DNA from: Trichoplax adhaerens
Lineage: Eukaryota; Animalia; Placozoa
Reading direction: 5' to 3'
Assembly: GCF_000150275.1 (NCBI RefSeq)
Contig: NW_002060943.1
Coordinates: forward strand, 11,780,878-11,844,877
DNA length: 64,000 nucleotides
Each line of letters begins with the position of its first letter. The first letter of the stretch is position 1. Positions 13,828-27,580 of this stretch are shown in pieces. Position numbers and translations under genes: made by a program. The notes under the pieces are model-generated. The model ran no database searches, was not told the DNA's origin, and saw only the letters and a program-made list of their open reading frames with translations.

Positions 13828-16800
13828 ATGAACAAGTTTTTTACTAAATTGTTTACATTCAAATGGCTAGAAGATAGTTTAGTCGATGTTGTCAAATGGC
13901 GCTATGCGCTAGTGGCGATGGGAGTTTTGGAAGCTCTTTTATTTTGTGGAATAACTTTTGGTTGGGCAAATTTAGTTTATGTCCTCAAAGCAGAAGGATT
14001 TTGGATTGAACTGTGCCCTGAACTCAACGTTACTTTTCATGCTCATGAAATGATCAGTTCAAATATCACTTGCCTTCCACAAAGTGAAATACTGCAAGCT
14101 GTTTTTACTGTATCGGTCTTTGTCCCGAACGCTGTCTTGGTGATCATTGGCTTTTCTATAGATCGATTTGGTCCACGTAATATGCGCTTTATTGCGAGGT
14201 AATAATGAATGTTCATGATATTTATTCATGATAGATACGCTATTTTGCTGTCTTACCTCGGCTGTATTTTAGTTGTAATTCAAAGATTATAACGACAACA
14301 TTTAACAAGTAGTTATCAGACAATCTCTAAGCTTATTATTATAATTTTAATATCCCGCTACGATGTTTTTTGTATGTAACATTTTATATATGTGCCATTT
14401 TAAGGTCAATTATATTTATTGTAATACCACATAGCTGGAAATTATCTATATCATTCACGTAATCTAATGGTCGCTATTTTTTATTGCAACGTCCCATCCG
14501 CAGTAAACATTTGAGTTAAATAGTACTTATTGAAGCCTCAATTATACTATCTAGTCCTGGCCTCTAGAGAAGTTTATCGTTAAGTAGATCTATTCGAACA
14601 GTCACATAATTGTATTTATACTACAAAATCATTCACTGAAATCGGCTTCTACGTATCATAATAAATAAATTACCAATCCTAAGTTGGCAGCGCTACATAA
14701 TATCACTAGCTTTCCTGCTAAACGGATTCCAATTTAATTTAAAATTAATAGAGCCAAATGATGAAACGGTGGCACAGATAATACCTTGAGCTATTTTCTC
14801 CTTAAGACCCTCCCAATTACCTAGCAGACAATAGTTACTAACCTATAATGCGTCTTAGTTGTGTCTATGAATTATTTCTATTCCCCACATCTGTCAAAAC
14901 AATATAGTATTATTATTGTAACATAGCGAAAATTGAAATCGATATTTTTTATATTATCACAAAGATCTCACTTTACTAGTGTAAAACGCCAATTCTCATA
15001 AACTGTTAATAATGGACGGCTACATTATATCTGCCTAGCAAGTGTTTGCTTCTTATTAGTGCTACTACTGGAGTACCTTCATATACTTTTTTGACACCTT
15101 TAATAATAAACATGTACACTGGAATCTCTAATCCGCGCACTAGAAAGAATATTAATACAGTTTTTATGGCAAAGACTTTTCGGATTCAATCATACCGCTC
15201 ACTTGCTATTAATTGCTACTTTTGGTTAATCATAACTTCTTACTCAATTTCTAAAATTTGTCTAATTTTACGCCAACATACAAATACATAAAAATAGGAG
15301 TACCTGTTCGGCAGTAGCGCCACTGTAGGCTATTCGCTATTGGTATCTTCTTCTGCTATTACTGATATCAACGTTTAACATAAAGCTCCTGTTTATAATT
15401 TGTTACAACATTTATAGTATAATTCTGTAATTATACCAATGAATTTTCAATATTAACTGTATGGCTTATACTTATTTCAGCTATTTTATGCAGTTAAATT
15501 TAGAGCTTACTTTAATATGAAGACGTTCCTGTTTGCCGACAATTTAAATAAATACTCACATCATATTCATCACCAACTTGCTATTGACTCAATGAAATCT
15601 GCACACTTTTTATTATAAAAATATCACGATTTATACATGATAAAAATTACCAAATATCCACTAACTCTAATTATGCAATGATTTCATATCCTCAATATTG
15701 TTTTCTTCTTATCTGATAGTATTCTATTGATGAGTTCCTTCCTTATGCTTGCGTTAGCAACTAGAGGTATGATATTAATATCATTTCTAAATTATTACAG
15801 TACTACTAGCCCTAAATCATACTGTGTATCCTAAGATACCTTTATTTAATCTTGGATATCGTTCATTCTCCTTTTACTCTGTAATATAGATTCTCCATCA
15901 CTATTATTTCCTGCACTATCTTTATGCAGTACAGCTGGTATGTACTTCCTTCTATCTCTGTTTCAGGTAAGGCATAGCTGATTTATCTTACTGTAGTAAT
16001 CCTTACTACATACAGGCAATAAATTACTGTATTAGTTAGCAATACTTCATCTCATATTGTACGAATATTAATATTATAGACGTGACATCACAATTATATC
16101 TGTAGCTTCTATAAAGATGGTGATGGTAAAAAGTCAGTTCTTCAATAACTAACAGATAGTTCGTAAAATGGTTTTTTAATTCAGTAATTTCATGTCGAAG
16201 TCTGATGACTATAATTTTATCTCTCGTGAATACTGATGTTTATTTTAATGTAGTATCATATTATGATAATATGTATAAGTACATATGTTAATAAAAAGCA
16301 ATGTTATGATCCGTACACTGAATTTGCATTAACTAGCTTATTATAGCAAATTAACATCGAAGTCCAATAACTGTAATTTTATATAGAATGTAATGTTTCT
16401 AAGCTTATTTCGTCAATCTGCTGTATCGGCCTGAAACTGTAAATCATAGCACAGCATTAATGCTTTTATACTAATAGATTTTATATCTGCTTTTCTTATT
16501 AAGATTGGCAATCTGTTCAAGACGAAAAGATCTACGGTTATTAGTATCATTAATGGGAGTTTTGATGCATCTGCAGCTATCTTTCTATTCTTTCAGGTAG
16601 GATACTACACTTTACTAATATCGTTGAAGCTATAACTAGGTGATGATTTCTACGCTTCTTTTCTAGCTTAACTCAATCTAAACAGATAGTTGACATCAAT
16701 TATATATATATATATATTGATAGAGCTCATCATTAAAATATAGCCAAATAATGATTATTTTCATTTTTAATTTAAAAAATGAAACAATTTAGCTCATTTA

Positions 16801-19800
16801 TGATGTTGGCATAAGCAGAAGTACTCTATTCTTGATTTGGACTGCCTTGTCTTTTATTACAGTGATTAATACAATAGTCTTTATTCCAGCAAAACCTATT
16901 TTACCACCTGATGCAGAATATAACAGTATTACTAGTGGTATCCTTGGTAATTATTATTATATCTTTCATGCACTGGAGGTTGTTAATGTTAGCTTATTGG
17001 GAATCCATTCTAAAACAATCAATCACATGAACAAACCTAGTCAAAACGTCAGCAGACGCAGCAGACTTTTTGATTCCGTTTCCGTCAGTTATGATATGAC
17101 CGAATACTTTAAAGAGGATCTTGCAGATAGTGATCAAATCAAACGCAGTTGTAGCTATTTAAGCGTATCGCATTCGATCAATTTGAGTGATAGCTACCCT
17201 CCTAGTGATATAGTTAAAGAGGATAGCGATCCTAGTATCATCAATTACGAAATTTTGGAACCTAAAAGTATCGATAATGAGACTATTATCAGGAGTAGTT
17301 ATGCTCAAAGTATGAATTTACCAGTCATCAATATTCAGGATACTGATAATATGACGACTAAAGTTGGATTTAAAAATGAAAATCATCGAGATTTTGGTTC
17401 AAAGGATCAAAAGTTTAGTGACTTAAACGCACATCGACTGTCAAGAAGAAGTTTAAGCGTTGATGCTGATCCACTCTATTTAGTTAATCCTAAAGATGTA
17501 CTGGCTAATTTACAAGGTCGTCAACAATCTACCGAGACAAACGATTTTGAAGTAGATTCTTTAGCAAGAGATGGCCGCGTAGCTCTACCTAACAGTGAAT
17601 CTAACAATTGCTTTGAGTGTGAAGAAGAAAACAACGATGCAATATCAATCCATTCCTTGACCATCGATCCATTTGAACGCCAACCTACCAGAGACAACGC
17701 TAATGATCAAAAAAGTTTACCAGCGTCACCAGCTGGCAGCAATGGCTCAGCAGCAAGTAGTGTATCCGCTTATAATTTAAATGCGCTATTCTTTGAGGAT
17801 AATTTTACAGATTATACTATCCAAGAATCCCATCCAACAAACGATCTAAATGTACAAGCTCAAAACTATACGGCACCCTTACAAAGTGTTAGTGTGACTA
17901 TTACTAATGCTGAAGATGGAAATATAGCTAATGCCGATGATAGCGGCGATGAGAAGAGCGATAATGGATCTGTTTCATCGGTTGTCCTTGCTAACAAATT
18001 CTTTAAAGAGCAACTCAATCATAATAATAATCGATCCAGTGTCTCGAACGGTGCTAGTAATACAGGATATCGAAGCTGTCCACAGTCGCCAACAGGAAGT
18101 GTTGTTTCAAATGGTAGCACTATATCTGCTTATAACTTAAATGCATTACTATTCGGTAGCAACAAGGCAAATAAAAAAAGCAAAAGAATGACTGTAGATG
18201 ATGGAGCATTACTAAAATCGACATCGAAACATACTCAGACAACTTCTCATGGAGGATTTCATAGCAAAATAAAAGCAAAAAGTCAACCAGCGTCTCCGGT
18301 TGGAAGTAACAGTTCTGCCTGTAGCAGTATTTCGGCATATCATCTTAATTCGCTATTTGACAATGAAAAATTTCGCGAAAAATTCTCTAATACAGAAGTC
18401 GACAAGAGTGGTATTACAGAATGGATTACAAATCAAGAACAATATTTACCCTTACGCCAAAAACAATCAGATCCAAATGACAACACTACAGCAAATTCCG
18501 AGAACAAGGATATTGATAACCAAGCCATAAAAGCAAAAGATCTAAAGCAAGATTCAACCGATGAGAGTTATTGTCGAACTGAAGCTTGGCTATCGAATAA
18601 CCAGCTTCAAGGGTTAGAAGATATTAATCAAACTAGTCAACAGACTGAAGTGGGATTAATCAATACTCATCAAAATAATGATAACCAAAAGGTGGTGGCT
18701 AAAATACAGGAAAATTATAACATGTCAGGTGATGGGATTTCAGAAGAAGATCTAAAGAACTTGTCGTCACTGGCTAATAGTGATAGAGAGCTAAAATCTT
18801 CGCCTTTTACTCTTCGCAAAGCTACAATTTCTACCATCGCAGAAGAACAAGATTCCTATGCTATTCCTGATATTACTGTTACAAGAGCCAATAGCGAAGA
18901 AGATCTGAGGGTATGTATATAGCAAATTCGTTACTCTCGATGTATTGGGTTAATCTAATATTATTCAATCGCTTTTACCTCTTTAGACTGAATCTTGCCA
19001 GGAGAGTGATGACCAACATGGTGCAATTGGTCATAGAACTAGATCGAATACCTTAGCGCAATTACTACGACAAGATAGTAAAGAATCAAGTCGACGACGC
19101 TCATATATTCCAACGCGAAGAGACAGTAATTTTGCCGCTAATGATGATATCGAATTACCTCAGCTCAAATTACCTCGTTGCATGACAGACAGCAGGGCCA
19201 ACTATTCTCGCTATAATATCTATTCTTTAGGAAACGCGTTTGCAGTTCCAGCTACTCATACAGCTAGATTAAAGACAATTTCTGAAGCTAATAGAAAAAG
19301 AGAGATGAGACAGCGTGCACGTAAATTTCGTAGCGATTCTGTTAAATCCAATACAGATTCCAATCATAACCCCAAGCTGCAACGAGAGGTATCTCGCAAG
19401 AAGAGATCTATTCGGCGAATACGTAGTGATAGCAGTTTATCAGTTAAAAGTGATTATATGCTCAACTGGAAGGCGGCTATAAGATCGCCTTTATTTATCT
19501 GCCATTGCCTGTATCTTGGTCTCATTCAGCTACGTCTTGTTTTCTTTATTGGATCACTTTATTCATTTTTAGATTATTTAACCGATAGTCAGCCAGATGT
19601 AGGTAAGTTAAGATTTCCACTTCCTTTTAATGATCAAAGTATGCCATCTTTGAAATACGTAGACATTATGTTCCCTAATTTTGGGGGATATTTAAAATTA
19701 CGTACAAGTAGGATCTTAGTCTCATTTTACTAGTAGAAAGAATTAGCCAACCCCTTAGGATATACTCAATTGATATTATGTTAAATTATATACCATATTC

Positions 19801-21776
19801 AGAGATTATGAAATAAAATTATGACTAACGTAAGATTATTAAAATATGTCGTGCTCGAGTCATATTCGCTAGAATCATAAATTGTAAGAAGTTAACAACT
19901 AAATGGTATTATGAGACACTAAATTATATCGTAAGCAACAGTAAGTCTGCAAGTACCCATTCCTTAATAGAACACTATCTATAAATGAATATTTTAGTAT
20001 TGATTACCAATGTAGTAATTTTACTACAAATATAAATTGACTATCCCAATATCTATCAGTAGGTATTATTAATACCCAGTTTTTCCCATTAAATTATTCC
20101 ATTATAAATAACAATCTCATACCCTAAGACGTGCCGATTGGACATAGTTAAGTATTACAATACAAAACTGTTCCTAAACCGTATAGAAATATTAGCTAAT
20201 TGTTTCTAGGCAATATTGAAATCGTATAGAAATGATTACTCAATATTTCTAAAGATTATAAAGAAATAGCAAACATGTTGAGGCCTTTACATATATGTAT
20301 TTATTACTAACATATGGATATGGAAGGAAAAAATATTTTTTCTAATTATCAACCTTAAATATTGCAGTTACTGCCTACACAAACGCTTTCGGCTGGGTCC
20401 AAATGTTTGGTATGATTGCATCTATTGGCATTGGCTTACTTATGGATTTTAAGTTAAGTGAATCCAATCCAGTGGAAGTAGTTCAAATGACGTCGTCAGC
20501 AATCGCTTATTTTATTATAAATACTATGACTGTTTTATTTGGAATTGTCACCGTTATTCCGGTCTTAGAACTTCAGGTAAATATGGATTAGACTTATATT
20601 TGATTCCTTTTTTTCTAAAATGAAGCAACAATTTTCCATTTAATTTCTTTTTCTGCATATTTTTATGTTGGAATAATATATCCGCGTAAAGACTACCTTT
20701 TAATAATATTAAAAATAACTAATTATCAATGTTCAATTTTGCATTTTAAATTATAGTACATTTCATTTTTACTACACACTATCATCAGAGCGTTTATCTA
20801 TTCGGCGAATTCTAGCTTTATCGCCATCGCGTAAGTTAAATGTAATCATTCCATCTCTATTCTATCAATACATTAGCTTGTAATCTGATCAATAAATAAT
20901 GATTAACTAAGTAATCACTAGCAGTAAATTTATAACAGAGTCTATTTGAATGTTATAATCTAATTTATTATAAATGAATTTTTTGTATTTCAAATAGATT
21001 TCCAATTGAACATCACAGCACGCTTATTGGAGTCTCCTTATTTGTGGCTGCTCTCTTTAGCCTCTTACAGTTTCCTTTATTTATTCTAATCCGGGTAAAC
21101 TTGGGAGGAGATCCTTTCTGGGTAAGTTAACCATTATTAGCTAATCAAAATAAATCTAATTAATGAACATATCTTAATTAGACCAAATATCTGTATACTA
21201 TGACGTAGTGGACACGTATAATGTGTCCATATGCTTCTGTTACATACACCCTAAAGTGAGTAAGTAATCTTTGTAAAGACTATCGGATTCTTAACAAAAT
21301 ATAATTTCACGTATTCAGTGGTTTAACAAGCTTGGCTATACTATCAACTCATAAAGATAAAAGGATTTCATTCAATAAATTGAAACTTGTTATTTAGCAG
21401 TGTACTAGACCAAGAGATAAATTATATCGCACATGTTAGATACAATATCTTTATGAAATTGGGAATAAGTTAGATGCTGTAGCCACATACTAGCTACGCT
21501 ATTAGTATCATCAATAAATTTAAATCATAATATCGTGATATTCGATTAAATTTAGACTAACTTTTCATATGGAATTTATTCTAGCCTCTAATTGTATCTA
21601 CAATTATTATCTAGATCAACATTGCATTGTTTATTGTCAGTATCATTGCTTATGGTTATCCATTTCTAATATGGCATGAGAGCAAGAAATTGGAAGCAGC
21701 GATGACTGATACAGATGATGACGCTATATCTACAATTGAGTACAATCGAAGCGCTAGTACTGAGCCTATTGCATAG
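13828..21776 (+). CDS. SLC43A: SLC43-family MFS transporter (LAT3/LAT4/SLC43A3-like), ~1296 aa, 10 exons: 13828-14198, 15720-15766, 15890-15966, 16504-16596, 16793-18910, 18987-19602, 20368-20576, 20757-20830, 20998-21121, 21615-21776
   Basis: Family motifs: LEALLFCGITFGWANLVYVLKAEG, DRFGPR, GNLFKTKRSTVISIINGSFDASA, QLRLVFFIGSL, YTNAFG, PVLELQYISFLLHTIIRAF, FSLLQFPLF, GGDPFWIN. All introns are GT-AG and phases join into one 3891-nt ORF. Confidence 0.9.
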
Positions 21777-24700
21777 TCTTTCTGTATACTGTAGATATCC
21801 TACTAAATGCTCTAATTGTATTTTCAATAATCTTGAATTTGATGGCCGAAATATGTTCACACTTTCCAGAATAAGCTTTCTTTTTATTTTAAATTTAAAT
21901 AATATCTAACATGTATATTGTTATATTAAACAATCCTAATATCAAGGGAATAGATTGCATATAAATTTTTCAGTATTAAATGATCAAATTACATTGTTGT
22001 CCGAGCATCATATTATGCGATCCTATATTTTCTTTCGTCATACCTATATAACAATTAATGATGATCTCTAAGAAGATATCATAAACTACTGTAACTTAAA
22101 GTCATCCGTAAATTTTATTCTAATGAAGTATAAGAAAGTGTATGGTAACATAGAGATATATGCTAATACCATCGAAGACTTCATAATTGATTAATGGAGT
22201 TTTTAAATTATATAAAAGTGCCGTATTTAATACATCATTGTAAGGCAATCTATAGCTTGTGATAACTAAATTACTTTTGGTACTTGTAAGCTTTAAAATG
22301 TAAGATTTAAAGCCTGTGAAAATTTTGTTCTAGTAAGTTTAATCCATGATCATGGTGTTTGTCTCTTTCTTATATCAACTACTATTACAGCCCAAAAATT
22401 GCATGACATAATGTATTTTATCCTATTATAAGCTTAATCTTATACTGCTATGTTGTTTAATGATTTTATGTTCTTATTATACTGTCATTAATTCATTATG
22501 ATGAATAAAGGAGCTAAAAGATAAATTTTGCTACTTAAATTACAACTTTAATGCAAGAATCGATTTGGTAAAGTGTTAGCCAAGTCTATCAACATATTTA
22601 GATTGTTCTAAAATTATTTGACCGTATGTTGTTGCGGTATTCTTATTACTTAGAAACGCCAGGTAAACTAGATAAATTCATAGTATATGATATTAAGTAT
22701 CATAAGCTTTACCATCTACTTGCAGAGTTACATTACAGCTAAGCGTGGGGATAATTAATATTTTATTTATCGCTAATTACCGCAGTCTTTAATTTCTAAC
22801 ATATCAATATATTACTATTGTCGCTAGAAGGAGCTAGAGAATACCGTAGCTTGACTTTCACCTATTTCATGCTCGACGGTAACTAAATAAGCTAATAATG
22901 TTTACAATACGACAGATAGAGTCAATAAGCGTACGTGATAATTTACAAGTGTGAAGATATGGAAATGTACTGGATTTGTCCATCCCTGATTTTCTAGTGA
23001 TCGGAAGTTAAGAGTATTTACCGTGATGTATAGTATATTGATGATTTGTAATTCTCAGAGTATTATTTTCATTGCATAGCAAATATACAATTTCTCATCA
23101 AATAGCACAATTACTCAATTCGTATTTATAAAGTGTAGTTAAAAATGTACTCAACTTATTTCGCCTTAATTCTTCCAGATTTAAGAATAATCCGTAAACT
23201 AGAAATAAGCTAACTATTGATTGATGAACGAACTAACGCAATCTATATCAAGTACATATGCATCCAGTTAAAGGAGTAGGTAGTATATAAAAATGATACA
23301 TACTGCATACATTAGCTCAGACTGTAGTAAAGTTATGGAAATTGGAAATGATGTGGGAATGCTCATTCATGTCTTCAATTATTTATTATTGTAAGAATAA
23401 ACTCTGTAACTTTGTCTATGAACGGATTCACACTAAATAGTTAATAACCTGTTACCTATTTTTGACTAGTTGCACCAGTATATCACGATTTAGCGCTAAC
23501 CTTATTATCACGTTACTTACTTTAATAAATTCAATGAACTAATATTATGAGACGATTTTACTTTTACCTTAATTTCGAAATAGTAATAAAGTTCCATTTT
23601 TTTCCGGTAAAGTGCTATAGTTATTTAGTAATTTTATTATTATGTGTATGTCGTATTTTATACTATTGCTATATTTTAGATGTGATCACTTCTCCGTATT
23701 TGATAGATTGGTCATATATTATATATTGTTGTTATTGTAGGTTTACTTCTTATAGTATACAATAACATTGATTTGTTAGTGTCATATTAGAATATGTTTT
23801 TATGATAATCATTGTTACTTGAGGGATCATCCACAAGATAGATCTTGGGCTTCATTATGAAATGGTCGTACTAAGTTATTAACCTTGTCTCTCATAGTAA
23901 TCTGTAGGTACCTTAATCTGTTTACGCTAAACTTGTTTACTTGTCGACAGGATAAGAGAGTGCTATATAAATGAGCGCATTTCTTACCCTAATAGTGATT
24001 TTTTCCCCGCTGTTGCCTCTGACTATTGTCTATGTTGTTTAGATTTAAATAAACGTAGTCGTTCAATTTCTTCTCGACCATGTTCTCTGAGGTTTACCCT
24101 TGTTACAAATACCGACGTTTTGTGACAGTGCCGTATGTCAATCAACATTATCATGTGAATACATCCTACTGCGATTACAGTAAAGAATTTTGTATAGAGA
24201 TGAAAATTGTTATGATATAATTATCACTAGGGTAATGACGATAATTATCCATGGGGATTCCTCTCCGGTACGACTATAATTTTTGAAGTTAAATGATAGA
24301 AGCAAGAGAGTTGTGATAGTTATAATGTTTGCTATCCGCGATAGAAATCTGTCTTAGATATTTATGCACCCAATAATTCTTAGAATGCTATAAAAATCAA
24401 TCTTCCTTATAAAATGACGATAACTAAAAATTAATTTACTAGAGAATAGCTTTTCTAAAGTAATTACTATACTAACAAAGATTTACAGTAATAATAAGAA
24501 CGTAATAATTACAAAACTTTACTCCTCTTTTCGGTGGGCCAGATGAAAATTTCATGTATTCACAGACTTGATCAATAATGTTAATAGAAGAATTACTGTA
24601 ATATGTCAAAGTTATTATTTCAGATAACTGTATCTCATTCGAAACCATACATGATAAATGTAATCGTGAAACATGTTCAAGAACAATATTCACTTAAAAC

Positions 24701-25380
24701 TCAATTGCAAATGATGCCCAGATGATTTCTTAACTGTGCTTGCTAAAGTAAAATAACAACTACACTTTGTAGCGATATCGTGAGAGTTTTGTAGACATGT
24801 TCCGAAAAAATTGGCTTAAAGTTCTGAATAAAATAATTTGCAATTTCTTTTTCTGAGTATCAGATACCTATGATTTAGCAATTACATGATGATTCTTATA
24901 GCAATGGTAGAAAACGTCTAAATTTCAATATATTAAGCTTACTAACGAGGAAAATAACTTTCAATTTGGTTCCCCAATATTGGGTTTGATGAATTATTGA
25001 GGATTTGGGAATTTGAATTATTTCAAATTACAAGCTAAGACATAAAAATAAGCAATGGAAAAACAATTCAACTTTTCCCCTACTTATAATTATTGACCTT
25101 AGAATTGGATATTTAAATTATATACTCGTAATAGTTCTACGCATCTACAAGAAGAATTAAGAAAGATATTAAAATAGGAAAAATTAATTCAATTCCCAAA
25201 TTAAATCACAAAACCCTGATGTTTACATTTACGCGTGCAAACTGTACAAATAAATAAAATTCTTACTGCGACCTGTAATGACGGAGGAACAGTCTCCTGC
25301 TATTACTGTGGGTTAATTTACTTACCCAAAATTTGAATCAAGAAAATAGAGTAATTTTCTAATGTGATACACGAAGGTCT

Positions 25381-25476
25381 TTCCTAGAAATAGTACGTGG
25401 GCGCTATCTCATCCTATTAGCTACCTACCGTGCTACTACCATTAGCTGAAATCATTACACGATCATATATAAAAAG
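25381..25476 (+). promoter_or_regulatory. Proximal promoter of beta-trefoil gene A: GAS (STAT) site, HRE-like core, TATA
   Basis: TTCCTAGAA 25381-25389; TACGTG ~25394-25399; TATATAAAAAG 25466-25476; ATG at 25526. Confidence 0.5.
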
Positions 25477-25525
25477 GGAACAGCTTCTATTTGTTCAAGT
25501 CTGCTATCATTTTAGTACTTTAATA

Positions 25526-27580
25526 ATGGATCGCACAAGTGAGGATAGAAAGCGCTTCTTGATAGAAATAAATATTGAAGATTCTGGTGATGTTGTTGAT
25601 TGTCCAAATGAGAAGGAAGACCTTAAGCAATACACTTATCAGTTATACTGCAAACGAGCTAATGGATATTTAAGCGTTGAATCATGCCCAACTGACGATT
25701 GCGAATCATTCAAAGTAGTTTGTAAAGAAAATCGTGGAGCTGGTTACGGTAAGATGCATTTTAAAAACACTCTATTACATTGATACTATGAGCAGTTAAG
25801 TGACATCGTTTCGATCATTTGACCTATATCTACGTTTTAAGTTTATTAATCTTATAAAAATGACTTTTACAGAGCTAGCTTTTTTTCTCGCATTTAATTC
25901 TCTCATCGTCTTATCTGTTGAATTTTGTACATTTACCTTTTAGTTGATTCTATAAAATATTAGTCAATGCTAACCTTCTACCATAAGCTAAGTGATACCG
26001 CCGCTTAATCTATTAATTTTTGTGATTTTTTACTTTGATTATTCTTATGAAGTCATCCAAGACAAGGATAATTAAGTTTCTCAGACTTGAGTAATGTATC
26101 ATTGAGTTACTGAGGTATATGCACCAAATTAGGATATTTAAACCGTAAATTTTGCTTTCCGGTTCGAATTTCTTAGACACAAAGATTTTCATCCAATTTT
26201 CTGCACCTTAATGTGATCTTTGTAACATCGATTTTCATAAAATTAACTTCTTTATCAATTAGTATCGCATTTTACATTTTTATTGATGCATTACCTTATT
26301 GTGTTCAATAAAGCAAACGTACAGAAACGTTAACTTTCTTAGTCTAATGCTAAACAAAACCTAGTTAAATGAATTTTATAACATCATCTGTCCTGTACCC
26401 TAGTTTAATCCTATGAAGTGATTTTACTAAGTGCAAATACCAACTTTCAAAGATCTAGATATTACTTGTTTTATCCGATTTTCCATATCTTCGGCTTTTA
26501 ATCTCGTCGATGCCAATTAAGTAACGCTAGTAATATTCGCTAGTCCCTGTACACATAATATGCATAGTAATAATTTTCACAGGTAGTTACACAATACTGC
26601 TTCCAGAGTTTGATATTAAAGAAAATTAAATTTATTTGATGTAAATTATCATAAAATAGTCTTGCTGTGTAGAGAGATGAAAAAATTAATTATCCAGTTA
26701 CCGATATTTAATAGTATAAAGTCTAACAAAATGATATTTTAGGTAAGCTTGAACGATTTTTATATTATTACGTGGCCAGGGTATAAATAAAATCTCAAAT
26801 AAAATATAACCTAGCAAGCTAGATTAATTTTGATTACTATCCCTTATACTCACAACTACCAAGATCATTTCAAAATCACCGATGCGAAATCTCTATCTAA
26901 CACGAGTGTAAATGTTCTTCGATTGGGGTATAAGATTGGGGAAGACATCGGATATTTTCTCGCCGGCAAGTTAGCAGATGGAAAGGACGCTCAAAGTGTT
27001 AAATATGATACATCAATTCGTATGGAGGAGGTTGAACTGCTTTTTGTGGTACGTTAATAGGCTCGAATAATTTTTAAATCTTATCAAATTCTTGATGCAT
27101 CTAAATAAAATTTTATACTGTAATTGTAAATGATATCGTTGAATGCAGAATCACGCTGTAATATCTCTGGGTGATTCTTGATATGATTACTCACATGATC
27201 ACGTTGTGATCATTCTATAATACTTTTATTAAATTAAATTTCTATACTATTTCCTGACCGAACTGTTAAAAATTTTTTAGTCTAAAAAATTCTACAAGAA
27301 GGAAGAGAAATTTCTCTCGAATTATTTACCACTGATGGTCAAATTTGTTGATGGTGACGTATGTCTATTTTTAGAACGTTCCGAAAATTATGGTACAGAA
27401 ACTAAATGTGCCATTTCAGTAACTTCTAGAGATAAATTTACTTTAGATTACCTAGATTGCGTTCACAGCGTACCCTACGAATCTTCATGCCATCCTGTAC
27501 TTTCTAAAGACCCAAGTTTTATTTCTAGTTCTAGCACTGAAAATCATACTAAAATCGAGCACCCAAATATTAATGCTTAA
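25526..27580 (+). CDS. Leaderless FGF/IL-1-like beta-trefoil protein A, ~235 aa, exons 25526-25748, 26864-27048, 27281-27580
   Basis: Three ORF-track pieces join in frame via GT-AG introns (phase 1 then phase 0). Motifs: YQLYCKRANGYLSV (FGF strand 1-2 type), D|HFKI, GYFLAGKLADGK, CLFLERSENY (cf. FGF1 CLFLERLEENHYN). No signal peptide. Gene structure is solid; the fold assignment is inferred. Confidence 0.65.

Noticed and set aside
16947-16992. Cryptic small intron at the start of the SLC43 large exon
   Set aside because: 46 nt is shorter than other introns here and would shift the frame; the sequence reads through in frame.
17931-18530. Alternative-frame and antisense ORFs within the SLC43 large exon
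   Set aside because: Shadow ORFs of a long coding exon with no recognisable motifs.
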